DNA of 64,000 nucleotides from Candidatus Zixiibacteriota bacterium (GCA_037441845.1 JBBIRK010000003.1:1-64000), one strand, 5' to 3'; counted from the stretch's first letter, positions 31,426-41,933 are shown. Notes: a model not told the origin generated them from the sequence alone. Numbers and translations: made by a program.

Positions 31426-31737
31426 ATGGACACGGCAAAGAGATTGATGCTTGCCGCAATCGGCGCTTTGCACCTTTCCAAAGAGCGGCTGGAAGAAATG
31501 ATGGACGAGCTGGTTAAAAAGGGCGAAATGACCTCCAGCGAAAAAGCCGAAGCCTTAAAACGGTTGGCCGAAAAGGTCGAGTCGTCCACCGAAAAGGCCA
31601 AAGAAGCTATTGAAAAACAAGTTGAAAACACGATGAAAAAGCTCAACCTCCTGGCTAAAATAGATAGGTTGGCCGAGCGCCTCGATCTATTGGAAAAGGA
31701 AATAGCCGAGCTGAAATCAAAAAAATCGACCGAATGA
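31426..31737 (+). CDS. Phasin-family / polyhydroxyalkanoate-granule-associated-like protein
   Basis: LAAIGALHLSKE...DELVKKGEMT..E pattern, coiled coil. Confidence 0.75.
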   Translation: MDTAKRLMLAAIGALHLSKERLEEMMDELVKKGEMTSSEKAEALKRLAEKVESSTEKAKEAIEKQVENTMKKLNLLAKIDRLAERLDLLEKEIAELKSKKSTE

Positions 31738-31820
31738 ATTTTCTGCGATTGCTTGCCGCCGGCAGGCGCAAATCCATGGGGAAAAGTCTGGCCGACGTCC
31801 CGGTCGAAAGAGGATGATTC

Positions 31821-33494
31821 ATGTCGCTTCCCCGTCCCGATATCAAACTGAAAAACTTCGTACGCTATAATCAGATAGCTGCGATCTTGATCCGGCATGG
31901 ATTCGGCGAACTCGTCAGCCGCCTGAATATGATGACGCCGATGAAACATGCGATTAAAAGGGTTCCGTCGCGATCGAAACAGCTGAGCACCCCCATCAGG
32001 GTCCGCCTTGCACTCGAAGAGCTCGGACCCTCATTTATAAAACTGGGTCAAGTTCTTTCGACCAGGCCGTTCCTGCTGCCGTATGAGTATATCGCCGAAT
32101 TGTCCCGCTTGCAGGATGAGGTCGAGCCGATGCCTTGGCAGCTTACCGAGAGTATCCTGCGAAAGGAACTCAAAGGCGATTTATCGGAATATTTCGCCTC
32201 TATCGAACAGACGCCGATTGCTTCGGCCTCGCTGGCCCAGGTGCACAAAGCGGTATTGCACGATGGAACGGTTGTGGTCATTAAAATCCAGCGCGAGGGA
32301 ATCAAGCGGATTATCGAGGCAGATATACGGATTTTCCGGGAGATCGCCGAATTGTTGGAAGGCAACGTACCGGAAAGCCGCCAGTTCAATCCTCCCGGCC
32401 TGGTGGAGGAATTCGCACGAACGACGATGAAGGAACTGAATTTCCTCAATGAAGCCAGAAACATGGAAATCTTCGCCGCAAATTTCCGGAACGAGAAGGG
32501 GATAAAGATACCCAAACTTTATCGACGATTCTGCACCTCCCGGATTTTGACGATGGAGTTGGTCGACGGCATCAAAATTTCGCATATAGGCGAGTTGAGG
32601 CGATCGGCGATAGATACCGCTCAAGTATGCCGCAACGGCGCCCGGTTGGTGCTTAAAATGATTTTCGAGGATGGCTTTTTCCATGCCGATCCTCATCCGG
32701 GGAACCTGTTCGTGCTCGATAACGGCGTAATTGCACCGGTCGATTACGGCATGATGGGCATTCTTTCGGAATCTCAAATGGACGAGCTTGCCGATTTGGT
32801 GGCGGCTGTCATCTCCCGTGATTCCGCCGCCGTCGTGCGCGTCCTGCGAAGCTCAGGGGTGGTCGATGATACGGCGGATATGAAGAGGCTCGAGCAGGAT
32901 ATCAGCGAGCTGATAGTCAGATATTATCGCGTTTCGCTGGGCGATATAAATGTGCGCGGCTTGATGGAGGAGTTGTATGCATTCGTTCAACAACACCGAA
33001 TCAAATTCCAAACCGAATTCATGCTGCTCGGAAAATCGCTGGTTACCTATGAAGAGCTCGCGCGACTTTTGGACCCCGATTTCGATCTGATTTCGGAGAT
33101 GTCGCCCTATATGAAGAATCTTCTGGCCAGAAAATATAATCCGCGAAGATTTCTCCGGGATTTCAAAGGGCTGGCGGATGAATTGCGCTGGCTTTTGACC
33201 CAATCGCCTCAAGAAATGCGCCAGGTCTTGCGGCGGTTGCGCCGCGGAGAATTACAGTTGCAGATGCGGGTGCAGAATCTCGATTCTTTTATCCGCGAAC
33301 TCGATCGTTCATCAAATCGCCTGTCGCTGTCGCTTCTGGTGGCGGCGCTGATAGTCGGATCATCGATCATCGCCACCATGCAAAAAGGTTACACCGTCTT
33401 CGATATACCGCTTCTGGGCCTGATCGGCTATCTGTTCGCCGCCATACTTGGCGTATTACTCGTGATATCTATACTGCGGTCCCGCAAAATATAG
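31821..33494 (+). CDS. ubiB: AarF/ABC1/UbiB family atypical kinase
   Basis: LGPSFIKLGQ, ASASLAQVH, KIQR, FFHADPHPGN, DYGM, C-terminal TMs. Confidence 0.9.
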   Translation: MSLPRPDIKLKNFVRYNQIAAILIRHGFGELVSRLNMMTPMKHAIKRVPSRSKQLSTPIRVRLALEELGPSFIKLGQVLSTRPFLLPYEYIAELSRLQDEVEPMPWQLTESILRKELKGDLSEYFASIEQTPIASASLAQVHKAVLHDGTVVVIKIQREGIKRIIEADIRIFREIAELLEGNVPESRQFNPPGLVEEFARTTMKELNFLNEARNMEIFAANFRNEKGIKIPKLYRRFCTSRILTMELVDGIKISHIGELRRSAIDTAQVCRNGARLVLKMIFEDGFFHADPHPGNLFVLDNGVIAPVDYGMMGILSESQMDELADLVAAVISRDSAAVVRVLRSSGVVDDTADMKRLEQDISELIVRYYRVSLGDINVRGLMEELYAFVQQHRIKFQTEFMLLGKSLVTYEELARLLDPDFDLISEMSPYMKNLLARKYNPRRFLRDFKGLADELRWLLTQSPQEMRQVLRRLRRGELQLQMRVQNLDSFIRELDRSSNRLSLSLLVAALIVGSSIIATMQKGYTVFDIPLLGLIGYLFAAILGVLLVISILRSRKI

Positions 33495-33577
33495 CTCATC
33501 ACCGTAATAACCCGATTTTGGAAGACGGCCGGAAACAAATTTCGTTTTCCGAAGTTACAATCAACGGCAGTAAAGAC

Positions 33578-33605
33578 TTGACGGGAATGCCGATGGTATT
33601 ATTAT
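33578..33605 (+). promoter_or_regulatory. sigma70-type promoter of hrcA
   Basis: TTGACG-N16-TATTAT. Confidence 0.55.
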
Positions 33606-33623
33606 ATATTCGGGAGTTGGTAA

Positions 33624-34661
33624 ATGAGCTTCGCCGATTTATCCGAGCGCGAAAAGTTGATCCTGAAGGCGCTGATCGAGCATTATATCAACACCGCCGA
33701 GCCGGTCGGGTCGCGGACCCTCGCGAAAAAATATAATATAGGACTCTCGCCGGCATCGATTCGCAATATAATGAAGGACCTCGAGGAGATGGGTTATCTG
33801 AAACACCCTCATACCTCGGCCGGCAGAATTCCGACGGCGAACGCCTATCGCAGTTATGTTGATCATCTGCTCACTCCCGAAAAGATATCATCCGACGAGA
33901 AATCCATAATCGATGAACAGATAGGCTCCGATTATCGGGCTATCGACGTCTTGCTCGAACATACCTGTAGAATCCTGAGCAACTTATCCAATCAATTGAG
34001 CGTGGCGCTGGTTTCGCGTTTCGAAGCGGCGGTTTTGACCCGGCTCGAGCTGATCCCGGTGGCCGAAAAAAGGTTGCTTGTCGTTCTGGTTTTACAATCG
34101 GGATTCGTGAAATCGATAATTTTGGAAACTTCGGTCGATTTGTCGGATATCGCCCTGAACCAGACAGCCCAGATATTGAATGAAAGGTTGTGCGGGCTCA
34201 CTTTGGGAGAAATCCGTAGAACGATAGGGGAAAGGATAAGGGATTCGCAGCAGGGTGATCCCAAATTGATTAGATTGTTGGTGGAGGGTGGTGAAGATTT
34301 ATGGGATTTTCCGGATAATCAGTATTTTCATTTCGCCGGAACCTCGAATCTTTCCAAGCAGCCCGAATTTCAGGATCCTCGGGATGTGGCCCAGGTCGTG
34401 TCGCTGGTGGAAAATAAAAGCGCGCTAAGAGAACTTCTTGAGAGCTCAGGAATCAACGAAGGTATCGCCGTCATGATCGGACACGAAAGTCTTGCCGCCA
34501 GCGGCGAGCAGATATCGCTTCTGACCTCGTCTTACAACGCGGTGGGAATGAAAGGCGTGATCGGCATTATCGGTCCCACGCGGATGAATTATTCCCGCCT
34601 GGTGAGTCTGATGGGTTATACCGCCAAGATGCTTTCGAATATTCTCACGGATAAATCTTGA
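33624..34661 (+). CDS. hrcA: Heat-inducible transcription repressor HrcA
   Basis: YINTAEPVGS, SPASIRN.M, PHTSAGRIPT, IIGPTRMNY. Confidence 0.97.
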   Translation: MSFADLSEREKLILKALIEHYINTAEPVGSRTLAKKYNIGLSPASIRNIMKDLEEMGYLKHPHTSAGRIPTANAYRSYVDHLLTPEKISSDEKSIIDEQIGSDYRAIDVLLEHTCRILSNLSNQLSVALVSRFEAAVLTRLELIPVAEKRLLVVLVLQSGFVKSIILETSVDLSDIALNQTAQILNERLCGLTLGEIRRTIGERIRDSQQGDPKLIRLLVEGGEDLWDFPDNQYFHFAGTSNLSKQPEFQDPRDVAQVVSLVENKSALRELLESSGINEGIAVMIGHESLAASGEQISLLTSSYNAVGMKGVIGIIGPTRMNYSRLVSLMGYTAKMLSNILTDKS

Positions 34662-34713
34662 CAGGCATTCGATATTTCCTTAAATACGATGCCCAAAGTG
34701 ATCGGGATTCATT

Positions 34714-35289
34714 ATGCGATCTGAGGAAATATTACCGGAGCAGGAAAATAGCGGAAATCCTGATTTGGATATTAAGCAGGCGGCGGAAGCCGGTCCCGAA
34801 GGTGCCGAAAAGCAGGTCGAAAACGAACAATCGATAATTCAAGTAAGGGAAAAATACAAAGAGCTCGAGGATAAATATCTGCGTTTGGCGGCAGAATTCG
34901 AAAATTATAAAAAGCGGATGGCAAGGGAACATATCCGCATCATGGAAACATCGACGGACGATTACAGCCGCGACCTGCTGGATATTATCGACGATTTCGA
35001 ACGAGCCCTCGGTCATTCCGGCGCCGATAACGATGTCCTAAGACAAGGCATGGAGTTGATTCTCGCCAAAATGAATGATATTCTCAAAAAAAGAGGAATC
35101 GAAAAAATGTCCGCGGTCGGCGAGCATTTCGATCCCGCGTTGCATGAGGCGGTGGCGCAGATAGAATCGGATACGGCGGAGGAAGGAATCATTTTGGAGG
35201 AGATACAAAAAGGCTACCGGGCCAATGGTCGAATTCTAAGACCTGCCCGGGTGGCGGTAGCCAAAAAAAAGGAGCATCAACCGGGTTGA
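34714..35289 (+). CDS. grpE: Nucleotide exchange factor GrpE
   Basis: YLRLAAEFENYKKR, FDPALHEAV, QKGY..ILRPARV. Confidence 0.97.
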   Translation: MRSEEILPEQENSGNPDLDIKQAAEAGPEGAEKQVENEQSIIQVREKYKELEDKYLRLAAEFENYKKRMAREHIRIMETSTDDYSRDLLDIIDDFERALGHSGADNDVLRQGMELILAKMNDILKKRGIEKMSAVGEHFDPALHEAVAQIESDTAEEGIILEEIQKGYRANGRILRPARVAVAKKKEHQPG

Positions 35290-35673
35290 TTTAAGACGTC
35301 CGATTACTTTCGAAATGCGGTTGATTCATCGTCCGGAAAGTTAGCGGTCGCAGAGGCCCCGAGAAATAATCCGGATGTCCCAACGATAGTCGCAGGAATA
35401 TCCGCGGCTATATTGTGTTTGTTAGGATTTCATTTATCACCGCTATTTCATATCGGAGTCGTTGATTTAGTTTTGCTCCCGGCAGTTTCGATAAGGATTT
35501 CTTATCACTGCGAACCGGCGATGGCGCAAAGGAGTTGCGGATCGATTTCCGCATGCCGTAATAATATTGAAATCAACACGAAAGCAGAGTGAGGAAAGAA
35601 TCGTCGCTGAGGGGATGTCGACCTTCCGGAAAGCTGCTTGGCACTTTTCAAGGAGAAAGGCGAAAGAGTCAGC

Positions 35674-36546
35674 ATGACCAGGGTAATTGGCATTGTCAAT
35701 CTCAAAGGCGGAGTCGGGAAGACCACCACCTGCGCCAATCTCGGCGCAGCCCTTGCCCTTAAAGGTTTTCGAACGCTGCTGGTGGATTTGGATCCTCAGA
35801 AAAGCCTGTCGACATGGGCCGGTGTCTCCGACTTTCCCTCGATCGGTGAGGTTCTGCTGGGCGAAATCCATCCCCAGAGAGCGGTGGCGCGCTGGGAAAA
35901 ACTGAACTGCTGGATCATTCCGGCCGGCAGGGATCTGCGCGCGAAAGCCGATCAACTTGTCCAGGCCGACCGCCGCGAATATCTCCTACAAGACAAAATC
36001 TCGGCTCTCGAAGGCTTCGACGTGATTTTGATCGATTCCGCGCCTTCGTACGAACTCCTCACGATCAACGCTATTTGCGCTTCCACGGAAATAATCGTTC
36101 CTTTGCAAACCGAAATTCTCGCGCTCGAAAGCACAATTCCGTTTTTCGAAACCCTCGGCGAAATAAAAAGCAAATTTCACCCTCGTCTGCGGATCGCCGG
36201 TATTCTGCCTTCGATGTTCGATTCCCGCACGAACCTATCTAAAACGATTCTCGACCAGATGCGATCTTCGGAACATCTAGGTCCGCTACTGTTCAAAACG
36301 TATATCAGGAAAAACGTCAAGGTGGCCGAAACGCCGGCGCACGGGTTCGCTATCACGAGATACTCTTCTTCGTATGGGGCCGAGGATTATCGGCATTTGG
36401 CGGACGAACTTATAGAGCGTATCGATCTACCGTTATTCGAAAAAATCGAATCACCGCCTGATGGGGCCATGGCGGCGCCGGTCGATTCGCCGCCGACCGA
36501 ATACGTCGCCATAGAAATGATAGGCGAAGACGTCGAGGAAAAATAA
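35674..36546 (+). CDS. ParA/Soj-family ATPase (no adjacent ParB)
   Basis: KGGVGKTT deviant Walker A, VDLDPQ, LIDSAPS, SMFDSRT; acidic C-terminal tail. Confidence 0.9.
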   Translation: MTRVIGIVNLKGGVGKTTTCANLGAALALKGFRTLLVDLDPQKSLSTWAGVSDFPSIGEVLLGEIHPQRAVARWEKLNCWIIPAGRDLRAKADQLVQADRREYLLQDKISALEGFDVILIDSAPSYELLTINAICASTEIIVPLQTEILALESTIPFFETLGEIKSKFHPRLRIAGILPSMFDSRTNLSKTILDQMRSSEHLGPLLFKTYIRKNVKVAETPAHGFAITRYSSSYGAEDYRHLADELIERIDLPLFEKIESPPDGAMAAPVDSPPTEYVAIEMIGEDVEEK

Positions 36547-36580
36547 CACCGCGCAGTTCCGCAAAGTGAAAGGAGACGCG

Positions 36581-36805
36581 ATGAACATATCGATCGAGTA
36601 TTGCGTAATGTGAAACTATCTGCCGAAAGCGGCCGGGCTGGCCTCTCAAATCGAAAATAGATACGGCATCAAACCGAAACTGATCGAATCGGGTGGCGGT
36701 GTGTTCGAAATCGTCGTCAACGGCGTGCTGATTTTTTCCAAGAAGAAGCTGGGTAGATTCCCGGAAACAGAGGAAATATTCGGGGTTATTGATAAAATGA
36801 AGTGA
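36581..36805 (+). CDS. SelW/SelT/SelH (Rdx) family selenoprotein, 74 aa, Sec at the in-frame TGA 36611-36613
   Basis: MNISIEYCVM-U-NYLPKAAGLA...GGGVFEIVVNG.LIFSKKKLGRFP; SD AAGGAG; not in the ORF track. Confidence 0.9.
36614..36646 (+). promoter_or_regulatory. Putative bacterial SECIS element
   Basis: GGCC-GGGCT-GGCC stem-loop (extendable AG/CT) whose G-initiated apical loop starts 21 nt after the UGA. Confidence 0.6.
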
Positions 36806-36999
36806 GAACGGGCGTCAAGCGGTTTTGCATAAACGCGCGCGTGTCGATTCGTTGACATCGTTTTGGTTCACCGTTCGACAACAATCAAATAAAACTTGTC
36901 CTGATCGTGGATTAACATTATAATCGGTTCTCTTGACACGATAACGATGGAAAAAATTGCGGCAGGTAAAGCCGACCATCCGTTTTCGAAAGGGCCGAA

Positions 37000-37803
37000 T
37001 TGATCACTCTGCTTAAATATGCCATATCTATCGCCATATGGTTGATGGTGGCTTTTGCATTCTTGATCGCCGGTAATCCCCAGCTGTTCGCTTTCTGGGC
37101 GCTTTTCGGATTCATTCTGCTGCTCGGCTGGTTTTTCAAAGTCTTATGGAAATGGTTTGTCGGCATTTTTTTCCCCTCGGTTCAGCCACGCGTATATATT
37201 CTGTTCATTCTTATCATAGTGGCGGTTTTTCTTTTGTTGTTCGAATCATTCATTATACCTAAGTGGAATACTTGGAACGCCGAGAAGGAAGATATCGAAA
37301 GAGAATATCCAATCGATAAAATAATGCCCCAGGCGAAAACCACGGTGATCAGGGCGATCAGAATCGACGCCCATCCGAAGAAGGTTTATCCTTTCGTTCA
37401 AAAACTGGCCACCGAGGGGATTCTCAGTTTCAAAGTAAACCTGCTCGATCTCATCAGAAACCATCCGGCCACAATGATCATTCAGGATCTGCCCGAAATC
37501 GAGGTCGGTGATCGCTTTCTGGCTGGTGATGTGGTGCAGGCCAAAGACAACCAGGGGATAACGATCGAGCTTTATCGCCAGAGTTTTCCGTTCAACCGAT
37601 TCAACCGAATTTGCGCCGGTTACTATCTCGGAAAAGGCGATAAAAACTCGACTTTGCTGCTATTGAAAATAAAAGCCGATTATTCCGGATTCATACCATG
37701 GTTTTCCGCCAAATATCTGATCGAAGTAGCCGATTATTTCGTTTCGAGATATCAGCTGAATCGGGTTAAAGTTCTCGCTGAAAAGGCTGATTCCAAAGAT
37801 TAG
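37000..37803 (+). CDS. Membrane protein with N-terminal TM helices and an SRPBCC-like C-terminal domain
   Basis: Three hydrophobic segments, then RAIRIDAHPKKVYPFV typical of SRPBCC N-termini. Confidence 0.55.
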   Translation: MITLLKYAISIAIWLMVAFAFLIAGNPQLFAFWALFGFILLLGWFFKVLWKWFVGIFFPSVQPRVYILFILIIVAVFLLLFESFIIPKWNTWNAEKEDIEREYPIDKIMPQAKTTVIRAIRIDAHPKKVYPFVQKLATEGILSFKVNLLDLIRNHPATMIIQDLPEIEVGDRFLAGDVVQAKDNQGITIELYRQSFPFNRFNRICAGYYLGKGDKNSTLLLLKIKADYSGFIPWFSAKYLIEVADYFVSRYQLNRVKVLAEKADSKD

Positions 37804-37834
37804 CGGATCAGCTTAAAGCCGACGGCCGAACGGT

Positions 37835-39061
37835 ATGCAGGAAATAGCGATATTCATCGTTGGACTTATAAGTGGCGCGGCTGCGGTGTATTTTATCATG
37901 AAAAGCCGCCAAAAGCAGATGAGCGAATTAGCGCTCGAAACAGCCCGACAGGCGAACCTTGAAAGAATGGCCGATTATCAGGGGATTTTCGCCAACCTCA
38001 AAGATTCATTCTATTCGGTTTCCCTCGATGCTCTCGACAAAAATATAAAAAACTTTCTCGAGATGGCCAAGACCACGCTTTCGGAACAGGCGGCGGTTGG
38101 ATTGAAAGATATCGAATCGAAAAAGGACATCATTTTCCAGACCTGTCAGAATATCAAAGAGGAAGTCAATCGGCTGCGCGATCAAATGGGCGCGCTCGAC
38201 AAGGATTATCGGCTCCAACATGGCGAGATTTCAGAACTCATGAAGACCACTCAGGGACAGATGTTGAGATTGGCGGATATCACGGGCAGGTTGGGTGAGG
38301 CGCTTGCCTCGGCGGGAGCACGCGGCCAATGGGGCGAAAGGATGGCCGAGGACGTGCTCAGATTCGCCGGATTTATAGAGGGAATCAACTATTTCAAACA
38401 AAAAACGAATGTAGGCGGCGGCCGGCCCGATTTCACGTTTCCGATTCCGCCCAACCACAAACTGTTCATGGACGTGAAATTCCCTTTCGATAATTACCGA
38501 AACTACCTGGAGGCCTCGTCGGAGGAAGAAAGAGAACGCCTGAAAGTCCGCTTTTTGAAAGACGTCCATTCCCATATCAAGTCCATCGCCGAACGCAATT
38601 ACGCCGGCACCGATGAGAACGCACTTGATCTGGTGTTGCTTTTCGTCCCCAATGAACAGATCTTCTCTTTTATCAATCAGCATGATTTTGGTTTAATCGA
38701 AAAGGCGGTTTCCCAGAAGATCGTAATCTGCTCCCCCATGACTCTTTTCGCGATACTGGTGCTTATCAGGCGCGCCACCGAAAATTTCAATCTCGAAAAG
38801 ACTGCCTCCCAGATCCTGAAATTGCTCGGCGAATTTTCCCGACAATGGATTGCCTTCATAGAAAGCCACGAAAAGGTCGGCAAAAGAATAGAACAGCTTC
38901 AGGATGAATTCGGTAAGCTGGTCTCGACCCGCAAGAACCAATTGCAAAAGCCTCTTGACAAGATCGAGGAGCTGCGCCGATCGCGCGGATTGCCTGCGAT
39001 TACCGAGATGGACGGCGTAAGCGGAAAGATCCCGCCGGACGAAGAAGAATCCGCCATTTAG
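37835..39061 (+). CDS. rmuC: DNA recombination protein RmuC
   Basis: N-terminal TM + coiled coil; RGQWGE, RPDF, DVKFP, LFVPNE, SPMTL. Confidence 0.93.
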   Translation: MQEIAIFIVGLISGAAAVYFIMKSRQKQMSELALETARQANLERMADYQGIFANLKDSFYSVSLDALDKNIKNFLEMAKTTLSEQAAVGLKDIESKKDIIFQTCQNIKEEVNRLRDQMGALDKDYRLQHGEISELMKTTQGQMLRLADITGRLGEALASAGARGQWGERMAEDVLRFAGFIEGINYFKQKTNVGGGRPDFTFPIPPNHKLFMDVKFPFDNYRNYLEASSEEERERLKVRFLKDVHSHIKSIAERNYAGTDENALDLVLLFVPNEQIFSFINQHDFGLIEKAVSQKIVICSPMTLFAILVLIRRATENFNLEKTASQILKLLGEFSRQWIAFIESHEKVGKRIEQLQDEFGKLVSTRKNQLQKPLDKIEELRRSRGLPAITEMDGVSGKIPPDEEESAI

Positions 39062-39214
39062 CGGAGAATCGACTTCCAGAACGTGCGCAAAAACCGCGAA
39101 ACGAATTTCCCGACCGCATCCGTCCTCTTGATTTTGCCGGAATATTTTATTATAAATAACCAACTTATGAACGATCGATAGATTCGAATCGAGGCAAGCA
39201 AGGAGCGTCATGAT

Positions 39215-41131
39215 ATGTCCAAAGTAATCGGCATCGATCTCGGAACCACCAATTCCTGCGTGGCCATAATGGAAGCCGGCGAACCGAAAGTGATCCCTAA
39301 TCCGGATGGGTCCCGCACGACTCCATCGGTGGTCGCATTCGTCAAGAGCGGCGAACGGCTGGTGGGGCAAACGGCCAAAAGGCAGGCGATCACCAATCCC
39401 GAGAACACCATATTTTCGATAAAAAGGTTCATGGGCCGCCGTTACGCCGAAGTTGCCTCTGAGGAAAAACTCGTCCCTTATAAGGTAACCAGAGCGCCCA
39501 ACGATGACGTTCGGATTATCGCGGGCGGCAAGGAATACGCCCCGCCGGAAATCTCGGCGATGATATTACAGTACCTGAAACGGGCGGCCGAGGACTACTT
39601 GGGCGAAACGGTCAGCAAGGCCGTAATTACGGTTCCCGCCTATTTCAACGACAGCCAGAGGCAGGCCACCAAAGACGCCGGTGAGATTGCCGGATTGGAA
39701 GTGTTAAGAATTATCAACGAACCGACGGCCGCTTCTCTTGCCTATGGTCTCGAAAAAAAGAAAGACGAAAAAATCGCAGTCTATGATCTGGGCGGCGGCA
39801 CTTTCGATATTTCGATTCTCGAGCTGGGCGAGGGTGTCTTCGAGGTAAGAGCCACCAACGGAGATACGCATCTGGGAGGTGACGATTTTGATCAACGGAT
39901 AATCGATTGGCTGGCGGATGAATTCAAGAAATCGAACGGGATCGATTTACGCAACGATAGAATGGCACTGCAAAGACTGAAAGAAGCCGCCGAAAAGGCC
40001 AAATGCGAGCTTTCGAGCACTATGCAAACCAATATCAATCTGCCGTTTATCACGGCCGATCAAAGCGGCCCCCGCCATCTCGATATAACTCTTACCCGAG
40101 CCAAGTTGGAACAGCTGGTCGATGATTTGATTCAGCGCACTATCGAGCCCTGCCGGCAAGCATTGCGCGATGCGCGCCTTTCGCCTAGCGACATAAACGA
40201 AGTCGTCCTGGTGGGTGGCATGACCAGGATGCCCAAAGTCCAGGAAATCGTCCGCGAATTATTCGGAAAGGAGCCGCATAAAGGAGTCAATCCCGACGAA
40301 GTGGTCGCCATAGGAGCCGCGATCCAGGCGGGCGTCCTGGCCGGTGATGTCAAGGATGTGTTACTGCTCGATGTCACCCCGTTATCGCTCGGAATCGAGA
40401 CGTTGGGAGGAGTGTTCACCAAGCTGATCGAAAGAAACACGACCATTCCCACGCGCAAGTCGCAGATTTTTTCGACCGCCGCCGACAATCAGCCTGCCGT
40501 TTCTATCCACGTCCTGCAGGGCGAGCGGGAGATGGCGATTTACAACCGCACTTTGGGTCGATTCGATCTGGTCGGCATTCCGCCGGCCCCGCGCGGCGTG
40601 CCGCAGATCGAGGTTACGTTCGATATCGATGCCAACGGTATATTGCATGTTTCCGCCAAAGACCTCGGAACCGGCAAAGAACAATCTATCAAGATCGAAT
40701 CATCCTCCGGACTATCCAAAGAGGAAGTGGAGAAGATGAAACGCGATGCCGAATTGCACGCCGGTGAGGATAAGGCACGGCGGGAATTGGTCGAGGCCAA
40801 AAATAAAGCTGACAGCATCATTTATTCGACCGAGAAGTCGCTTAAAGAATATGGCGATAAACTTTCCCCGGAGGAACGGTCGCGAATCGAAAAGGCGATA
40901 GAGTCGTGCCGGGAGGCGGCAAAATCCGACAATATCGGTACCATAAACAAAGCTTGCGACGATTTGGTGAGTGCATCCCATAAACTGGCCGAAGAGCTCT
41001 ATAAACACGCATCCTCCACCAAAAAAGATCAGGATGATGCAGGTGCGGGTGAAAAAGCCCAGAGCCCGGGAGCGAAAGATAAGGGTGATGGCGCCGTGGA
41101 TGCTGATTTCGAGGTTGTAGACGACAAGTAA
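39215..41131 (+). CDS. dnaK: Chaperone DnaK
   Basis: [42 protein letters not shown]. Confidence 0.99.
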   Translation: MSKVIGIDLGTTNSCVAIMEAGEPKVIPNPDGSRTTPSVVAFVKSGERLVGQTAKRQAITNPENTIFSIKRFMGRRYAEVASEEKLVPYKVTRAPNDDVRIIAGGKEYAPPEISAMILQYLKRAAEDYLGETVSKAVITVPAYFNDSQRQATKDAGEIAGLEVLRIINEPTAASLAYGLEKKKDEKIAVYDLGGGTFDISILELGEGVFEVRATNGDTHLGGDDFDQRIIDWLADEFKKSNGIDLRNDRMALQRLKEAAEKAKCELSSTMQTNINLPFITADQSGPRHLDITLTRAKLEQLVDDLIQRTIEPCRQALRDARLSPSDINEVVLVGGMTRMPKVQEIVRELFGKEPHKGVNPDEVVAIGAAIQAGVLAGDVKDVLLLDVTPLSLGIETLGGVFTKLIERNTTIPTRKSQIFSTAADNQPAVSIHVLQGEREMAIYNRTLGRFDLVGIPPAPRGVPQIEVTFDIDANGILHVSAKDLGTGKEQSIKIESSSGLSKEEVEKMKRDAELHAGEDKARRELVEAKNKADSIIYSTEKSLKEYGDKLSPEERSRIEKAIESCREAAKSDNIGTINKACDDLVSASHKLAEELYKHASSTKKDQDDAGAGEKAQSPGAKDKGDGAVDADFEVVDDK

Positions 41132-41344
41132 TCCAAATTCCCGCTTGTTCGATCGAGATCGGTCATTCGGGCAGAAGATGGTCGGGTTTTGGGAATCCGG
41201 TTAATATAGTTCGAATAAATTTCGCATGATCCCGGGTGACGGCGCCGCCGCACGGCGATGGCCGTATTCTCATAGGGCGGGTCGGCCCAGTGTATCAACT
41301 TTGGTTCTATTATCGCAATTAAACTAATCGGCCCCAATTTTCAT

Positions 41345-41372
41345 TTGACTATGGCGAAAAGCGCGTTATATT
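41345..41372 (+). promoter_or_regulatory. sigma70-type promoter of the ORF between dnaK and dnaJ
   Basis: TTGACT-N16-TATATT. Confidence 0.5.
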
Positions 41373-41413
41373 GAAATAAATCGTCGGGATAACTGCATTA
41401 AAGCCCGCTCGGG

Positions 41414-41815
41414 TTGATAATATCGCCGAAGCATGCGGTGCACTTTATGGTGGCCTTTATGGGAGCGATAGAGACTGAGATTAAAAATTGGCTTTCGGCT
41501 CAGGGACTGGCCTTTTCGATTAAACCCGAAACCTTCGCGATCGATGGAGACGGGCCGAGGCCGTTTATTTTTTCTCCGACTTTCCGGATCGAAAACACGA
41601 GCATTAAAGGCCGTACGATAATGGTCGAGCCGGTGATGTCGTTCGCCCCTCAGGCCGGTCTGCGTCGGGTCCAAGCATTCAGCCGACGATTCAAGGATAA
41701 GTATTACGTCGTTCTGATCGTGAAAAAAAGAATGTTGAGTAGAATTCCCGCCGACGCCTACGATAAATTGTTGGTGATTGAAGATCTGAAAAACGCCCGG
41801 ATCGCTCCCGAATAA
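41414..41815 (+). CDS. Hypothetical protein, possible degenerate PD-(D/E)XK nuclease fold (start may be ATG 41447 or 41459)
   Basis: ETEIKNWL...FSPTF...IMVEP...RVQAF...YYVVLIV; own promoter. Confidence 0.55.
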   Translation: MIISPKHAVHFMVAFMGAIETEIKNWLSAQGLAFSIKPETFAIDGDGPRPFIFSPTFRIENTSIKGRTIMVEPVMSFAPQAGLRRVQAFSRRFKDKYYVVLIVKKRMLSRIPADAYDKLLVIEDLKNARIAPE

Positions 41816-41904
41816 ACGCGAATTCGTCGATTCCTTTTGGAGACTCTACTACCTGCCGCAATGAGCAAACACGCCGTTTTCCTGTCGTTTTCATACCCGC
41901 ATTA

Positions 41905-41933
41905 TTGACTTAGGCTATGGTATGTTCTATATT
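41905..41933 (+). promoter_or_regulatory. sigma70-type promoter of dnaJ
   Basis: TTGACT-N17-TATATT. Confidence 0.6.
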
